This document shows, piece after piece, positions 55,101 through 64,000 of a DNA stretch of 64,000 nucleotides. The DNA lies in contig NZ_JBAZRC010000006.1 of assembly GCF_041663085.1 (NCBI RefSeq), forward strand, positions 4,586-68,585. The letters are read 5' to 3'. A program made the translations under genes and the position numbers. How positions within the stretch are numbered: the first letter of the stretch is position 1; each line of letters begins with the position of its first letter. Below the pieces are notes generated by a model, which saw nothing but the letters and a program-made list of their open reading frames with translations, searched no databases and was not told the DNA's origin. Source of the stretch: Mucilaginibacter sp. (lineage in GTDB: Bacteria; Bacteroidota; Bacteroidia; Sphingobacteriales; Sphingobacteriaceae).

Positions 55101-57911
55101 ATGAAGAAGCTTTTTCTATTGGATGGTATGGCCCTGATATACCGGGCGCATTTTGCTTTGAGTAAAAACCCCCGTTTTACCTCGGCGGGACTAAATACTT
55201 CGGCGGTTATGGGTTTTACCAACACCCTGCTGGAGGTTCTGCGTAAAGAGAAACCCACCCATATGGCCGTGGTATTTGATACCGATGCCCCAACCGAGCG
55301 CCATACCGAATACGAAAAATACAAGGCACACCGCGAGGCCATGCCCGAGGATTTGAGCAAAGCCCTCCCCTATATATTTAAAGTGGTTTTAGGTTTCAAC
55401 ATCCCGCTGATAACCAGCGATGGTTACGAAGCTGATGATATTATAGGTACCCTTGCCAAAAAAGCCGAGCAGAAAGGCTACCAGGTTTACTGCATGACGC
55501 CCGATAAGGATTTCGCGCAGCTGGTATCAGAGAATATCCGCATTTACAAACCGGCCCGCATGGGTAACGATATGGAAATACTGGGTGTAAAAGAAGTATT
55601 GGAGAAATGGGAGATAGAACGCCCCGAACAGGTAATAGATATCCTGGGCCTTTGGGGCGACGCGGTGGATGGCATACCCGGCATACCCGGTGTTGGCGAA
55701 AAAACCGCCAAGACGCTCATTAAACAATATGGGTCGGTTGAAGAAATTATAGCGCATAGTCACGAATTGAAAGGCAAGCTGCGCGAGAACGTAGAGAACT
55801 TTGCCGAACAGGGCTTAATGTCGAAAAAACTGGCTACCATTAACCTGAACTCGCCGGTTGAGCTGGACGAGGCCGGGCTGGAAATGTGCGCGCCAAGTAA
55901 AGATCTTCTGGAGCCTTTATTTGCCGAACTGGAGTTCCGAACCCTTGGCCGCCGTGTGTTTGGCGATGATTTCAGCATTACCGAAACCCGCGCCGTATCG
56001 GTACAAACCGACCTGTTTGGCAACCCCGTTGCTGATGGCCGCACCACCCTATCAGTTGAGGTACAGGATATTTACGAAGCGCCAACCCCTGTTGATATCA
56101 AAAACATCAACACCATTGAACACGAATATATTTTGGCCGATACCTTTGAGAAACGAGCCGATCTCATTAACATACTAAAGCAGCAAAAGCATTTTTGCTT
56201 TGATACCGAAACCACCGGCACCGATGCCAACCAGTGCGAACTGGTGGGCTTATCCTTCGCGGTAAAGCATAACCAGGCATGGTATGTACCCGTACCGGTT
56301 GAGGAGGCTGAGATAGTTAAAATAGTTGCCGAGTTTAAGCCCGTATTTGAGGATGCCGGTATTGGTAAAACAGGTCAGAATTTGAAGTTCGATATCCTGA
56401 TGCTGAAATGGTACGGCGTAGAAATGAAGGGCGACCTGTTCGACACCATGATGGCGCATTACGTGATAGACCCGGATACCCGTCACAACATGGATATCCT
56501 GGCAGAAAACTACCTCCAATATAAACCCGTTTCCATTACCGAACTTATTGGCCCCAAAGGCAAAAACCAGGGCAATATGCGCGATGTGGAGATAGAAAAA
56601 ATAAAAGAATACGCTGCCGAAGATGCCGACATTACCCTGCAGCTGCGCACCGTTTTTGAGCCCAAAATAAAAGAAGTTGAGGCCGAAGACCTGCTACATA
56701 AAATTGAGAACCCGCTGATTTATGTACTGGCCGATATTGAGCACGAAGGTGTAAAGATTGACCACGAAACATTAAAGGATTTCTCCAAATTATTGGAAAC
56801 CGATATTGCCGCGCTGGAAAAAACCGTGTTTGAAAAAGCGGGTGTAAGGTTCAACGTGGCATCACCAAAGCAACTGGGCGAGGTATTGTTTGAGAAACTG
56901 ATGCTGGACCCTAAAGCCAAAAAAACCAAGACCGGCCAATACCAAACCGGCGAGGATGTGCTTTTAGCCCTTGCCGCCAAAAGCGATATCGTAAGGGATA
57001 TACTGGATTTCCGCCAGCTGCAAAAGCTAAAATCTACTTATGTAGATGCTTTGCCAACCATGGTAAACCCAAAAACAGGCAGGGTGCATACCAGCTATAA
57101 CCAGGCGGTGGCGGCAACTGGGCGTTTAAGCTCTAACAACCCCAACCTGCAAAATATCCCTATCCGTACCGAGCGTGGCCGCGAGGTGAGGAAAGCCTTT
57201 ATTCCGCGCGATGAGAACCACAGCATTGTATCTGCCGATTATTCGCAGATTGAGCTGCGCATTATTGCCGAGATCAGCAAAGACCCAAACATGCGCCAGG
57301 CTTTTATTGATAATATTGATATCCACACCGCTACAGCCGCCAAAGTGTACGGCATAAGCATTGAGGATGTAGACAGCACCCAACGCCGTAATGCCAAAGC
57401 GGTAAATTTTGGTATCATCTATGGGCAATCGGCATTTGGGTTATCACAAAATCTGGGTATCCCGCGCAAAGAGGCGGCCGAGATCATCGAAAACTATTTT
57501 GCTCAATACCCCGGCATCAAACAATATATGGCCGATACCATGAACTTTGCCCGCGAGAACGGTTACGTAACCACCCTGATGGGTCGCCGCCGTTACCTGC
57601 GCGATATCAACAGCGCCAACCAAACCGTGCGTGGCTTTGCCGAACGAAATGCCATCAATGCGCCCATACAAGGTTCGGCTGCAGATATGATCAAGATAGC
57701 GATGATCAATATCCATAAGGAGTTTAAAGCACTTAAACTGGATGCCCGTATGACCATGCAGGTGCATGATGAGTTAGTTTTTGATGTACCTAACCACGAG
57801 ATAGAAATTGTAAAGCCTATCATCCTGGATAAAATGAAAACCGCCATCAAAACCGAAGTGCCGATAATGGTAGAGATTGGTACAGGATTGAACTGGCTGG
57901 AAGCGCATTAA
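55101..57911 (+). CDS. polA: DNA polymerase I
   Basis: 5'-nuclease 'LLDGMALIYRAHFA', 3'-5' exo 'FCFDTETTG', and polymerase motifs 'DYSQIELRI' and 'QVHDELVFD'. The ATG at 55101 is preferred. Confidence 0.95.
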   Translation: MKKLFLLDGMALIYRAHFALSKNPRFTSAGLNTSAVMGFTNTLLEVLRKEKPTHMAVVFDTDAPTERHTEYEKYKAHREAMPEDLSKALPYIFKVVLGFNIPLITSDGYEADDIIGTLAKKAEQKGYQVYCMTPDKDFAQLVSENIRIYKPARMGNDMEILGVKEVLEKWEIERPEQVIDILGLWGDAVDGIPGIPGVGEKTAKTLIKQYGSVEEIIAHSHELKGKLRENVENFAEQGLMSKKLATINLNSPVELDEAGLEMCAPSKDLLEPLFAELEFRTLGRRVFGDDFSITETRAVSVQTDLFGNPVADGRTTLSVEVQDIYEAPTPVDIKNINTIEHEYILADTFEKRADLINILKQQKHFCFDTETTGTDANQCELVGLSFAVKHNQAWYVPVPVEEAEIVKIVAEFKPVFEDAGIGKTGQNLKFDILMLKWYGVEMKGDLFDTMMAHYVIDPDTRHNMDILAENYLQYKPVSITELIGPKGKNQGNMRDVEIEKIKEYAAEDADITLQLRTVFEPKIKEVEAEDLLHKIENPLIYVLADIEHEGVKIDHETLKDFSKLLETDIAALEKTVFEKAGVRFNVASPKQLGEVLFEKLMLDPKAKKTKTGQYQTGEDVLLALAAKSDIVRDILDFRQLQKLKSTYVDALPTMVNPKTGRVHTSYNQAVAATGRLSSNNPNLQNIPIRTERGREVRKAFIPRDENHSIVSADYSQIELRIIAEISKDPNMRQAFIDNIDIHTATAAKVYGISIEDVDSTQRRNAKAVNFGIIYGQSAFGLSQNLGIPRKEAAEIIENYFAQYPGIKQYMADTMNFARENGYVTTLMGRRRYLRDINSANQTVRGFAERNAINAPIQGSAADMIKIAMINIHKEFKALKLDARMTMQVHDELVFDVPNHEIEIVKPIILDKMKTAIKTEVPIMVEIGTGLNWLEAH

Positions 57912-57973
57912 TACAATGCCATTGTTGTAAAGTACCAAGCAATCTAAGAGTGAAAAGTCGGCGGCATGTCTAT

Positions 57974-58040
57974 TGTAGACGCGGAGTATCGCATCTCTAC
58001 ATTATCGTATCCCGTAGAGACGCGATACTTCGCGTCTCTC
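57974..58040. repeat. inverted pair of 'tagagacgcgatacttcgcgtctc'-type repeats
   Basis: 'tgtagacgcggagtatcgcatctctac' (57974-58000) and 'gtagagacgcgatacttcgcgtctc' (58014-58039) are near inverted complements. Confidence 0.7.
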
Positions 58041-58225
58041 GCCATCTTACAAACCTTATTAACAAATTCACAATAAACGCTGCCCTCCAATTCTCATTTA
58101 TGCCGAAATTGCAATTAACCGCCATTACTGATTAAATAATATCACATTTTTAAACACATTTTTAAAATTATGTGTTTGTTCATTTGGGGAAATGTTTAGT
58201 ACCTTAAACCAATATATAATCCCGA

Positions 58226-59650
58226 ATGAGAATTTTTCACCTGAGTGCCGAATGCTACCCTATTGCCAAAGTTGGGGGCCTTGCCGATGTGGTTGGCGCG
58301 CTGCCAAAATACCAGAACCAGGCAGGGATGCAGGCCGCTGTTGTGATGCCTTTTTATAACCGCAAGTTTGTTCATGAGAATACATTCGATGTTGTTTTTC
58401 AGGGCACTACACTATTGGGTACGCGCAGGATATACTTTGAGATACTAAAAGAACAAACCGACAAACTGGGTTTCGAGCTTTATTTGATAAAGATACCGGG
58501 CCTGCTGGACAGGGAAAATGTTTACAGTTATCCCGACGAGAGGGAACAGTTCCTGGCCTTCCAGATCTGCTTTCTGGACTGGATAAACTGGAGCGGCCAA
58601 ACACCCGACCTGGTGCATTGCCACGACCATCACTCGGGTTTGGTGCCTTTCCTGATGTACCACTCAAACTTGTACCGCAGGCTGGCACATATCCCAACCA
58701 TATTTACTATACACAACGGGCAATATCACGGCGCTTTTGGCTGGGATAATTTGCACTACCTGCCCGAGATTGACTTTTATAAAACCGGCCTGCTTGATTG
58801 GAACGGCGGCATCAACCCGCTGGCATCGGCAGTAAAATGCTGTTGGCGGTTCACTACGGTTTCGCCAAGCTATTTGCAGGAGTTGAGCATTAGCTCTAAC
58901 GGATTGGAATACCTGTTTTATGTAGAGCGGGATAAAGGCATAGGCATCATCAACGGTATTGATACCGATGTTTGGAACCCCGAGACAGACCCTATGCTGC
59001 CCGAGCATTTTAATGCTACAACCGTAGCCAAAGGCAAGCAGAAAAATAAAGAGATACTATGCGAGCGGTTCAACCTTTCGCCGGATAAGCCACTGATAGC
59101 CTTTATTGGCAGGTTAGTGACCGAAAAAGGATCGGACCAATTGCCTGCTGCTATTGAGCGGAGCATTAAAGAACATGGCGACAAAGTAAACTTCCTGATA
59201 CTCGGTGCAGGAGAAAGCGCTACAGAAATGTCGCTTAATCTGCTCAAGCAATTGTACCCTCAAAACTGCAATGTATTTATAGGGTATGATGAATCATTGG
59301 CACACCTGATATATGCCGGCGCCGATTTTCTGCTGATGCCATCGCGGGTGGAGCCTTGCGGCTTAAACCAAATGTATTCTATGCGGTACGGTACTATGCC
59401 AATGGTACGCAGCACCGGAGGTTTAAAAGATACCGTGATTGATTTTGGCGATGAAGGCGGTTACGGCATACGCTTTGAGAATGTAACCGTAGATGATATT
59501 TGCGTATCGGTAACCCGCGCAGTTGTGCTGTATAAAGACACCCGCAAAATGCAAACTCTGCGCAAACGCATGATGGCCCTCGATTTTTCGTGGGACCGCT
59601 CGGCAAAAGAATATATGAACCTGTATGAAAGTTTAATTCCTAAGATATGA
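58226..59650 (+). CDS. glgA: glycogen synthase
   Basis: 'SAECYPIAKVGGLADVVGALPK', 'HCHDHHSGL' and 'MPSRVEPCGLNQMY'. Confidence 0.9.
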   Translation: MRIFHLSAECYPIAKVGGLADVVGALPKYQNQAGMQAAVVMPFYNRKFVHENTFDVVFQGTTLLGTRRIYFEILKEQTDKLGFELYLIKIPGLLDRENVYSYPDEREQFLAFQICFLDWINWSGQTPDLVHCHDHHSGLVPFLMYHSNLYRRLAHIPTIFTIHNGQYHGAFGWDNLHYLPEIDFYKTGLLDWNGGINPLASAVKCCWRFTTVSPSYLQELSISSNGLEYLFYVERDKGIGIINGIDTDVWNPETDPMLPEHFNATTVAKGKQKNKEILCERFNLSPDKPLIAFIGRLVTEKGSDQLPAAIERSIKEHGDKVNFLILGAGESATEMSLNLLKQLYPQNCNVFIGYDESLAHLIYAGADFLLMPSRVEPCGLNQMYSMRYGTMPMVRSTGGLKDTVIDFGDEGGYGIRFENVTVDDICVSVTRAVVLYKDTRKMQTLRKRMMALDFSWDRSAKEYMNLYESLIPKI

Positions 59651-60909
59651 CATCGAAAGTAATCAGTATTGTACTTGGAGGCGGCCAGGGCAGCCGTTTG
59701 GCACCGCTTACAGAAACCCGTTCAAAACCAGCAGTGCCAATTGCGGGTAAATACCGTTTGGTTGATATTCCCATCTCCAACTGCCTGCACTCAAATATCA
59801 GCCGTATATTTGTATTAACGCAGTTTAACTCGGCATCGCTAAACAAGCACATCAAAAACACTTATCACTTTAGTACGTTCAGCACGGCTTTTGTTGATAT
59901 TTTGGCTGCCGAACAAACCCCTACCAGCGGTGGCTGGTTCCAGGGCACGGCCGATGCGGTAAGGCAAAGCCTGCACCATTTGGCCACGCACGATTTTGAT
60001 TACGTGCTGATCCTATCGGGCGACCAGCTGTACCAGATGGACTTTGAGGAGATGATACAACAGCATATCGATCGCAATGCCGATATCTCTATCGCTACCA
60101 TCCCTGTGCATGTAAACGATGTGCCCGGCTTCGGTATTCTTAAAACTGATTCTGACAGCCTGATCACCTCATTTGTTGAGAAACCCAAAAGTGGTTTTGA
60201 GGACCTTGTATCGGATGTAAGCGACGAAATGAAAGAGCAAGGCCGTATTTACCTGGCATCAATGGGTATTTACATTTTTAACCGCCAGTTGCTTTACGAT
60301 TTGCTGGAAGGGAATGATTATACCGATTTTGGTAAAGAGATCATCCCGCAATCAATAGCCGGGCATAAGGTTATCAGCTACCAGTACGAAGGTTACTGGA
60401 CAGACATCGGTACCATCAAATCATTTTTTGATGCCAACCTTGGCCTTACAGATGACATCCCGCAGTTTAACCTGTTTAACAAAAACCAGATATACACCCG
60501 CGCACGCATGTTGCCGCCAACCAAAATATCGGGCACACTGATAGACCGTTCTATCATTGCAGATGGTTGCATCATTAATGCAGCGCATATTATCCATTCC
60601 ATTATAGGTATCCGTACCCGCATTGGTACGGCCAGCGAAATTGAAAGCTGCTATGTTATGGGGAGCGATAATTATCAAACGTTGGAAGAAATTGCTTTTG
60701 CTAAAGAAAACAATCTGCCTATTATGGGCATTGGCGACAGGTGCGCTATCAAAAATGCCATCATCGATAAAAACACTTATATAGGTGATGATGTGAAGAT
60801 AAACTGTGGTGATCCTCTGCCTGACGGCGACTTCCCGACGCATACCGTTACCGACGGAATTGTGATTGTAAAGAAACGCGCGGTAATACCAAGCGGCACC
60901 ATAATTTAA
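59647..60909 (+). CDS. glgC: glucose-1-phosphate adenylyltransferase
   Basis: 'VLGGGQGSRLAPLT..RSKPAVPIAGKYRLVDIPISN' and 'GYWTDIGTI'. It overlaps glgA by 4 nt. Confidence 0.9.
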   Translation: MTSKVISIVLGGGQGSRLAPLTETRSKPAVPIAGKYRLVDIPISNCLHSNISRIFVLTQFNSASLNKHIKNTYHFSTFSTAFVDILAAEQTPTSGGWFQGTADAVRQSLHHLATHDFDYVLILSGDQLYQMDFEEMIQQHIDRNADISIATIPVHVNDVPGFGILKTDSDSLITSFVEKPKSGFEDLVSDVSDEMKEQGRIYLASMGIYIFNRQLLYDLLEGNDYTDFGKEIIPQSIAGHKVISYQYEGYWTDIGTIKSFFDANLGLTDDIPQFNLFNKNQIYTRARMLPPTKISGTLIDRSIIADGCIINAAHIIHSIIGIRTRIGTASEIESCYVMGSDNYQTLEEIAFAKENNLPIMGIGDRCAIKNAIIDKNTYIGDDVKINCGDPLPDGDFPTHTVTDGIVIVKKRAVIPSGTII

Positions 60910-60981
60910 TTTTAAAGATAGCAGAACAATCAATAGTTAATTTGTTTTATATATAAACTATAAAACTTAAATTAACTTGTT

Positions 60982-61173
60982 ATGAAAAAGACTATCTGTA
61001 TGATCGCGGTTGCCGCCATCTCTTTCGGTAGTGTAAATGCATTTGCTGCAATGCCGGTGCAAACACAACAGGACACATCTAAAATGAAAAAGAAACCGAT
61101 GAAAAAGAAGATGAAGCACAAGAAGATGATAAAGGACACATCGATGAAAAAAGACACCGCAATGAAGATGTAA
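60982..61173 (+). CDS. small secreted Met/Lys-rich protein (MXKDX-type pentapeptide repeats)
   Basis: Signal peptide 'MKKTICMIAVAAISFGSVNAFA' followed by 'MKKKPMKKKMKHKKMIKDTSMKKDTAMKM'. A strong terminator follows. Confidence 0.6.
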   Translation: MKKTICMIAVAAISFGSVNAFAAMPVQTQQDTSKMKKKPMKKKMKHKKMIKDTSMKKDTAMKM

Positions 61174-61187
61174 TGCTTCGAAAAAAC

Positions 61188-61220
61188 AAAAAGCCTCCCG
61201 ATACGTCAGGAGGCTTTTTT
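61188..61220. terminator. bidirectional rho-independent terminator between convergent genes
   Basis: 7-bp stem agcctcc/ggaggct (61192-61198 / 61209-61215), with an A-run upstream and a T-run at 61215-61220. Confidence 0.7.
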
Positions 61221-61234
61221 GTGGTTATACAATT

Positions 61235-61912
61235 TTACAGTTCTAAACTTTCGCCTATGGCAGGTAGCTTTAAGTTTAGCCCTGCTTTTACAAATTTACC
61301 GGTCACCTCTTCTTTGTCTATCTTTATTACCGGGAACGAATCGTAATGCACACCGATAATATTTTTACAGTTTACAAAAGCCGCGGCTTTTATGGCATCG
61401 TCGGCCCCCATGGTGTAGTTATCGCCTATTGGGAAAATTGCCCACGCGAGGTTCTCATCTGCCAGCAATTTCATATCATAAGTTAGTGCGGTATCGCCGG
61501 CAAAGTAAATCACCTTCCCTTCCGAGTAAATGAGGAAACCTGCGGGATTACCACCGTTACTTCCATCAGGCAATGTGCTGGAGTGTACGGCGTTCACCAT
61601 TTTAACACGGCCAAAATCAAAATTAAAGCCACCGCCAATGTTCATACCATGCACGTTATCTACTCCTTGTTTGCCCAGCCAGCCGGCTATCTCGGCAATG
61701 CAAATAACCTTTGCACCGCTGCTTTTAGCAATGGTCACCAAATCGGCAACGTGGTCGCCGTGCCCGTGCGATACCAAAATATAATCGGGCTTAAGGCTGT
61801 TTACATCAATATGTTTAGCCAGCTCGTTTGGCGTAATAAACGGGTCAAATAATAAAGTTTTGCCATCGGCTACCATTTCAACGGTAGATTGGCCATAATA
61901 CGTCAGTTTCAT
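61235..61912 (-). CDS. UPF0173 metal-dependent hydrolase (MBL fold)
   Basis: 'MKLTYYGQSTV', 'ILVSHGHGDHV' and 'GDNYTMG'. Confidence 0.85.
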   Translation of the reverse strand: MKLTYYGQSTVEMVADGKTLLFDPFITPNELAKHIDVNSLKPDYILVSHGHGDHVADLVTIAKSSGAKVICIAEIAGWLGKQGVDNVHGMNIGGGFNFDFGRVKMVNAVHSSTLPDGSNGGNPAGFLIYSEGKVIYFAGDTALTYDMKLLADENLAWAIFPIGDNYTMGADDAIKAAAFVNCKNIIGVHYDSFPVIKIDKEEVTGKFVKAGLNLKLPAIGESLEL

Positions 61913-61939
61913 AGTTTGTGTTTTTAGATGTATTACCGA

Positions 61940-62254
61940 TTATTTGTTAAACAGGTTGCCTAAGCCGCCCATTCCACCAAGCATAGCGCTGGTCATAGCG
62001 GCCATCTCGCTCTGGCTAAGGTTTTCGGCTTGTTCTATGGCTTTGTTTATGGCAACAACCAATAGCTCTTCCAGCTCCTCTTTATCGGCATCCTTAAAAA
62101 AGTCGAGATCGATGTTAACCGATTGCACTACTTTATTGCCGTTAGCCTGTACGCTTATTTTTCCGCCTTCGGCAGTGCCGGTAACGGTTATAGCATCCAA
62201 ACGCTTTTTTACTTCACCAGCCTTTTGCTGGGCTTCCATTAATTTATCGAACAT
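61940..62254 (-). CDS. YbaB/EbfC-family nucleoid-associated protein
   Basis: 104 aa with 'GTAEGGKISVQANGNKVVQSVNID' and 'EELEELLVVAINKAIEQAE'. Confidence 0.85.
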   Translation of the reverse strand: MFDKLMEAQQKAGEVKKRLDAITVTGTAEGGKISVQANGNKVVQSVNIDLDFFKDADKEELEELLVVAINKAIEQAENLSQSEMAAMTSAMLGGMGGLGNLFNK

Positions 62255-62347
62255 AATATGTTATGGTTATTGGTTGATTAGGTGAGTAGTTAAATGGTTG
62301 AAGGGAGAACTATTCACCAATCAACTTAATCAACCACTCACCAAAGA

Positions 62348-63556
62348 TTAATCCTCCGCTGTATCGCCGTTACCGGTATAGGCTCCCTTACGTACTACCG
62401 GCATACCTGTCATTTTAAACAGGTCATCCAGGTGCAGTAAACTGCCGTTAACCATATTACCTAACAAAACAATGGTAACATCGTTTTTCATATCGCGTAA
62501 AAATATATGGCGAAAGCCGTGCCACCAGCCGGTATGGTAAATAACCTTTTGGCCGGGGCTTTCAAATATGCGCCAGCCATAGCCATAGCTAAAGTGCCCG
62601 CGTATCATGGGGTTACGTGCGGTATAAGCCGAGTCCTGCGTGGCGGGTTTTATCAATTTACCGGCTTTAAGGGCCTGGTCAAAAACGTACAAGTCGGCAA
62701 CCGTGCTGTAAATGCCCTTATCGCCCACCGGGCCATCTAAAAAATTTTGCGCAACCGAGTATTTCCAGCTGTTGCGGTCGTGCCCAACAACATCAACAGG
62801 TATTTTATCATAAACCGCTTTTGAGTACACGGCAGTATGTGTCATGCCGGCGGGTTTAAAAACATTCTCTTTCATGTAATCGGCATAACTCATACCGGTT
62901 ACTTTTTCTATAATGGCGCCCAGCACCATAAAGTTGCTGTTGTTATATAAAAAGCTTGCATTTGGTTTGTTAAAACGGGCAGGCTTGTATTTAGCTATCA
63001 GGTCCATAGCCTCTTTGTTGGTAAGGCCTTTCTTTTGGTTAAGGTGCTGGCTGCGGTAAATGTTATCAACAAAGTAAACATAGTTCATCATACCACTGCG
63101 GTGCGTAAGCAGCAGGCGAATGGTTACGCCATCGTACGGAAAATCCGGAAAGAAATCTTTTACATCCTGGTCAAGCTTAATCTTGCCCTTTTCCCACAGC
63201 TGCATAATGGCCGTACCCGTCATGGTTTTGGTAACCGATGCCAGTTCAAATTGCGAAGCCAGGGTAAGGCTGTCGCGGGTTAGGTGGTTGGCCCAGCCGA
63301 AAGATCCCTCATAAATTATTTTGCCCTTTTTAGCTACCAGTACATTGCCGTTAAAACCGCTCACCTTATGCAGGTGCTGCATAAACTCCTCAATTTTTTT
63401 ATCGCCCTTACTGGGGTCATATTTAAGTATTTCGGCAGTGTTAAATGGTTTGCCGTTATCAGCTTCGCCCTTTTTATTGTGGCCGGGAGACGAGCAGGAA
63501 GTAAACGCGAGAAGGGAAAACAGAAGGGAAATGACAGTTGTGCACACTTGTCTCAT
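62348..63556 (-). CDS. serine hydrolase (class C beta-lactamase/DD-peptidase family), lipoprotein
   Basis: Lipobox 'FTSC' and the SxxK motif 'ELASVTKTMTG'. Confidence 0.85.
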   Translation of the reverse strand: MRQVCTTVISLLFSLLAFTSCSSPGHNKKGEADNGKPFNTAEILKYDPSKGDKKIEEFMQHLHKVSGFNGNVLVAKKGKIIYEGSFGWANHLTRDSLTLASQFELASVTKTMTGTAIMQLWEKGKIKLDQDVKDFFPDFPYDGVTIRLLLTHRSGMMNYVYFVDNIYRSQHLNQKKGLTNKEAMDLIAKYKPARFNKPNASFLYNNSNFMVLGAIIEKVTGMSYADYMKENVFKPAGMTHTAVYSKAVYDKIPVDVVGHDRNSWKYSVAQNFLDGPVGDKGIYSTVADLYVFDQALKAGKLIKPATQDSAYTARNPMIRGHFSYGYGWRIFESPGQKVIYHTGWWHGFRHIFLRDMKNDVTIVLLGNMVNGSLLHLDDLFKMTGMPVVRKGAYTGNGDTAED

Positions 63557-63669
63557 AGATAAAAAGTTCTTTCACTTAAACGAAGGCGAAAATTAGAAAT
63601 TATATAGGAGGTAAAAGATTAAATTTCAATTAATGTTTCAACAATGTTAAAAACAGGCTAATTTTAGGT

Positions 63670-64000
63670 ATGCGAAATTTACTGCGGATAATTGTATTTA
63701 CCCTTTTAAACCTTCAATATGCATCGGCACAAGATGTAGTCGCCCTGATAAAAGATGGCCGGCAACTAAGCAGCCAAAAACAATATCCCGAAGCTATTGA
63801 AAAATACAAAAGCGCTTTACTAATTGAGCCCGAAAACCCACAGGCAAATTACCAGTTAGCTTTTGCGCTGTTTGCAAGCGGCAAAGGCCCGGATGGGTTA
63901 CCCTATCTGGATAAGGTTGTAAGCGCCAATAAGAACACTCCGCTAACAGCTGCATCCTACAGTTTAATGGGGAGTATTTATGGCAATGCTAAACAGCTGC
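63670..64000 (+). CDS. TPR-repeat protein (C-terminus beyond window)
   Basis: The ATG at 63670 gives the signal 'MRNLLRIIVFTLLNLQYASAQ'. TPR-like 'YPEAIEKYKSALLIEPENPQANYQLAFALF'. The frame is open to the window edge. Confidence 0.6.
   Translation, partial: MRNLLRIIVFTLLNLQYASAQDVVALIKDGRQLSSQKQYPEAIEKYKSALLIEPENPQANYQLAFALFASGKGPDGLPYLDKVVSANKNTPLTAASYSLMGSIYGNAKQL

Noticed and set aside
1-64000. tRNA, rRNA, tmRNA or riboswitch genes in the intergenic regions
   Set aside because: Visual scanning of spacers longer than 100 bp found only palindromic repeats, terminators and AT-rich promoter regions. No cloverleaf-compatible sequence or known riboswitch core was recognised. A covariance-model scan (tRNAscan-SE, Infernal/Rfam) would be needed to be sure.

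Overview
This window reads as a chromosomal segment of a Bacteroidota genome, probably Sphingobacteriaceae-like. That placement is an inference from gene content: CarboxypepD_reg-type TonB receptors, DUF3857/transglutaminase pairs, DUF1800/DUF1501, TTG-N20-TAnnTTT(G/A) promoter-like boxes, and very abundant GC-rich palindromic intergenic repeats. About 55 protein-coding genes are supported. Most are housekeeping: prfA (partial), apbE, hisS, aat, ruvC, sod, tadA, trmB, tag, polA, glgA, glgC, ybaB-like. The rest include two-component systems, a siderophore-type uptake cluster (2 TonB receptors plus a PepSY protein), transporters and small redox enzymes. I recognised no rRNA, tRNA, CRISPR array, transposase or integrase. 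The standout is a roughly 3.9 kb AT-rich block (about 39.66-43.56 kb), set among neighbours of about 50% G+C. It holds one 1035-codon gene (40170-43277, minus strand) encoding a fusion of an intact calcineurin-like metallophosphoesterase, a contiguous P-loop STAND/NACHT-like NTPase, and a roughly 320-aa helical C-terminal domain. This is the effector-NTPase-sensor layout of NLR-like single-gene antiphage systems, but I do not recognise this effector from characterised examples. The block also contains a 0.55 kb ORF-free 3' region with three copies of a roughly 40-nt hairpin / phased GGRACR motif. It is bracketed by composite REP/MITE-like repeats: roughly 80-bp inverted copies and roughly 120-bp direct copies. 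Secondary observations are a stand-alone DHp (HisKA-like) 69-aa protein coupled to a sigma-54 response regulator, and an alkyltransferase-like (Cys to Ala) MGMT homologue near tag and polA. There is also a transglutaminase paralogue pair with one degenerate active site, a frameshifted gene next to the island, and at least six families of palindromic intergenic repeats. All calls rest on reading the sequence and ORF translations and on remembered family motifs; no database search was possible.
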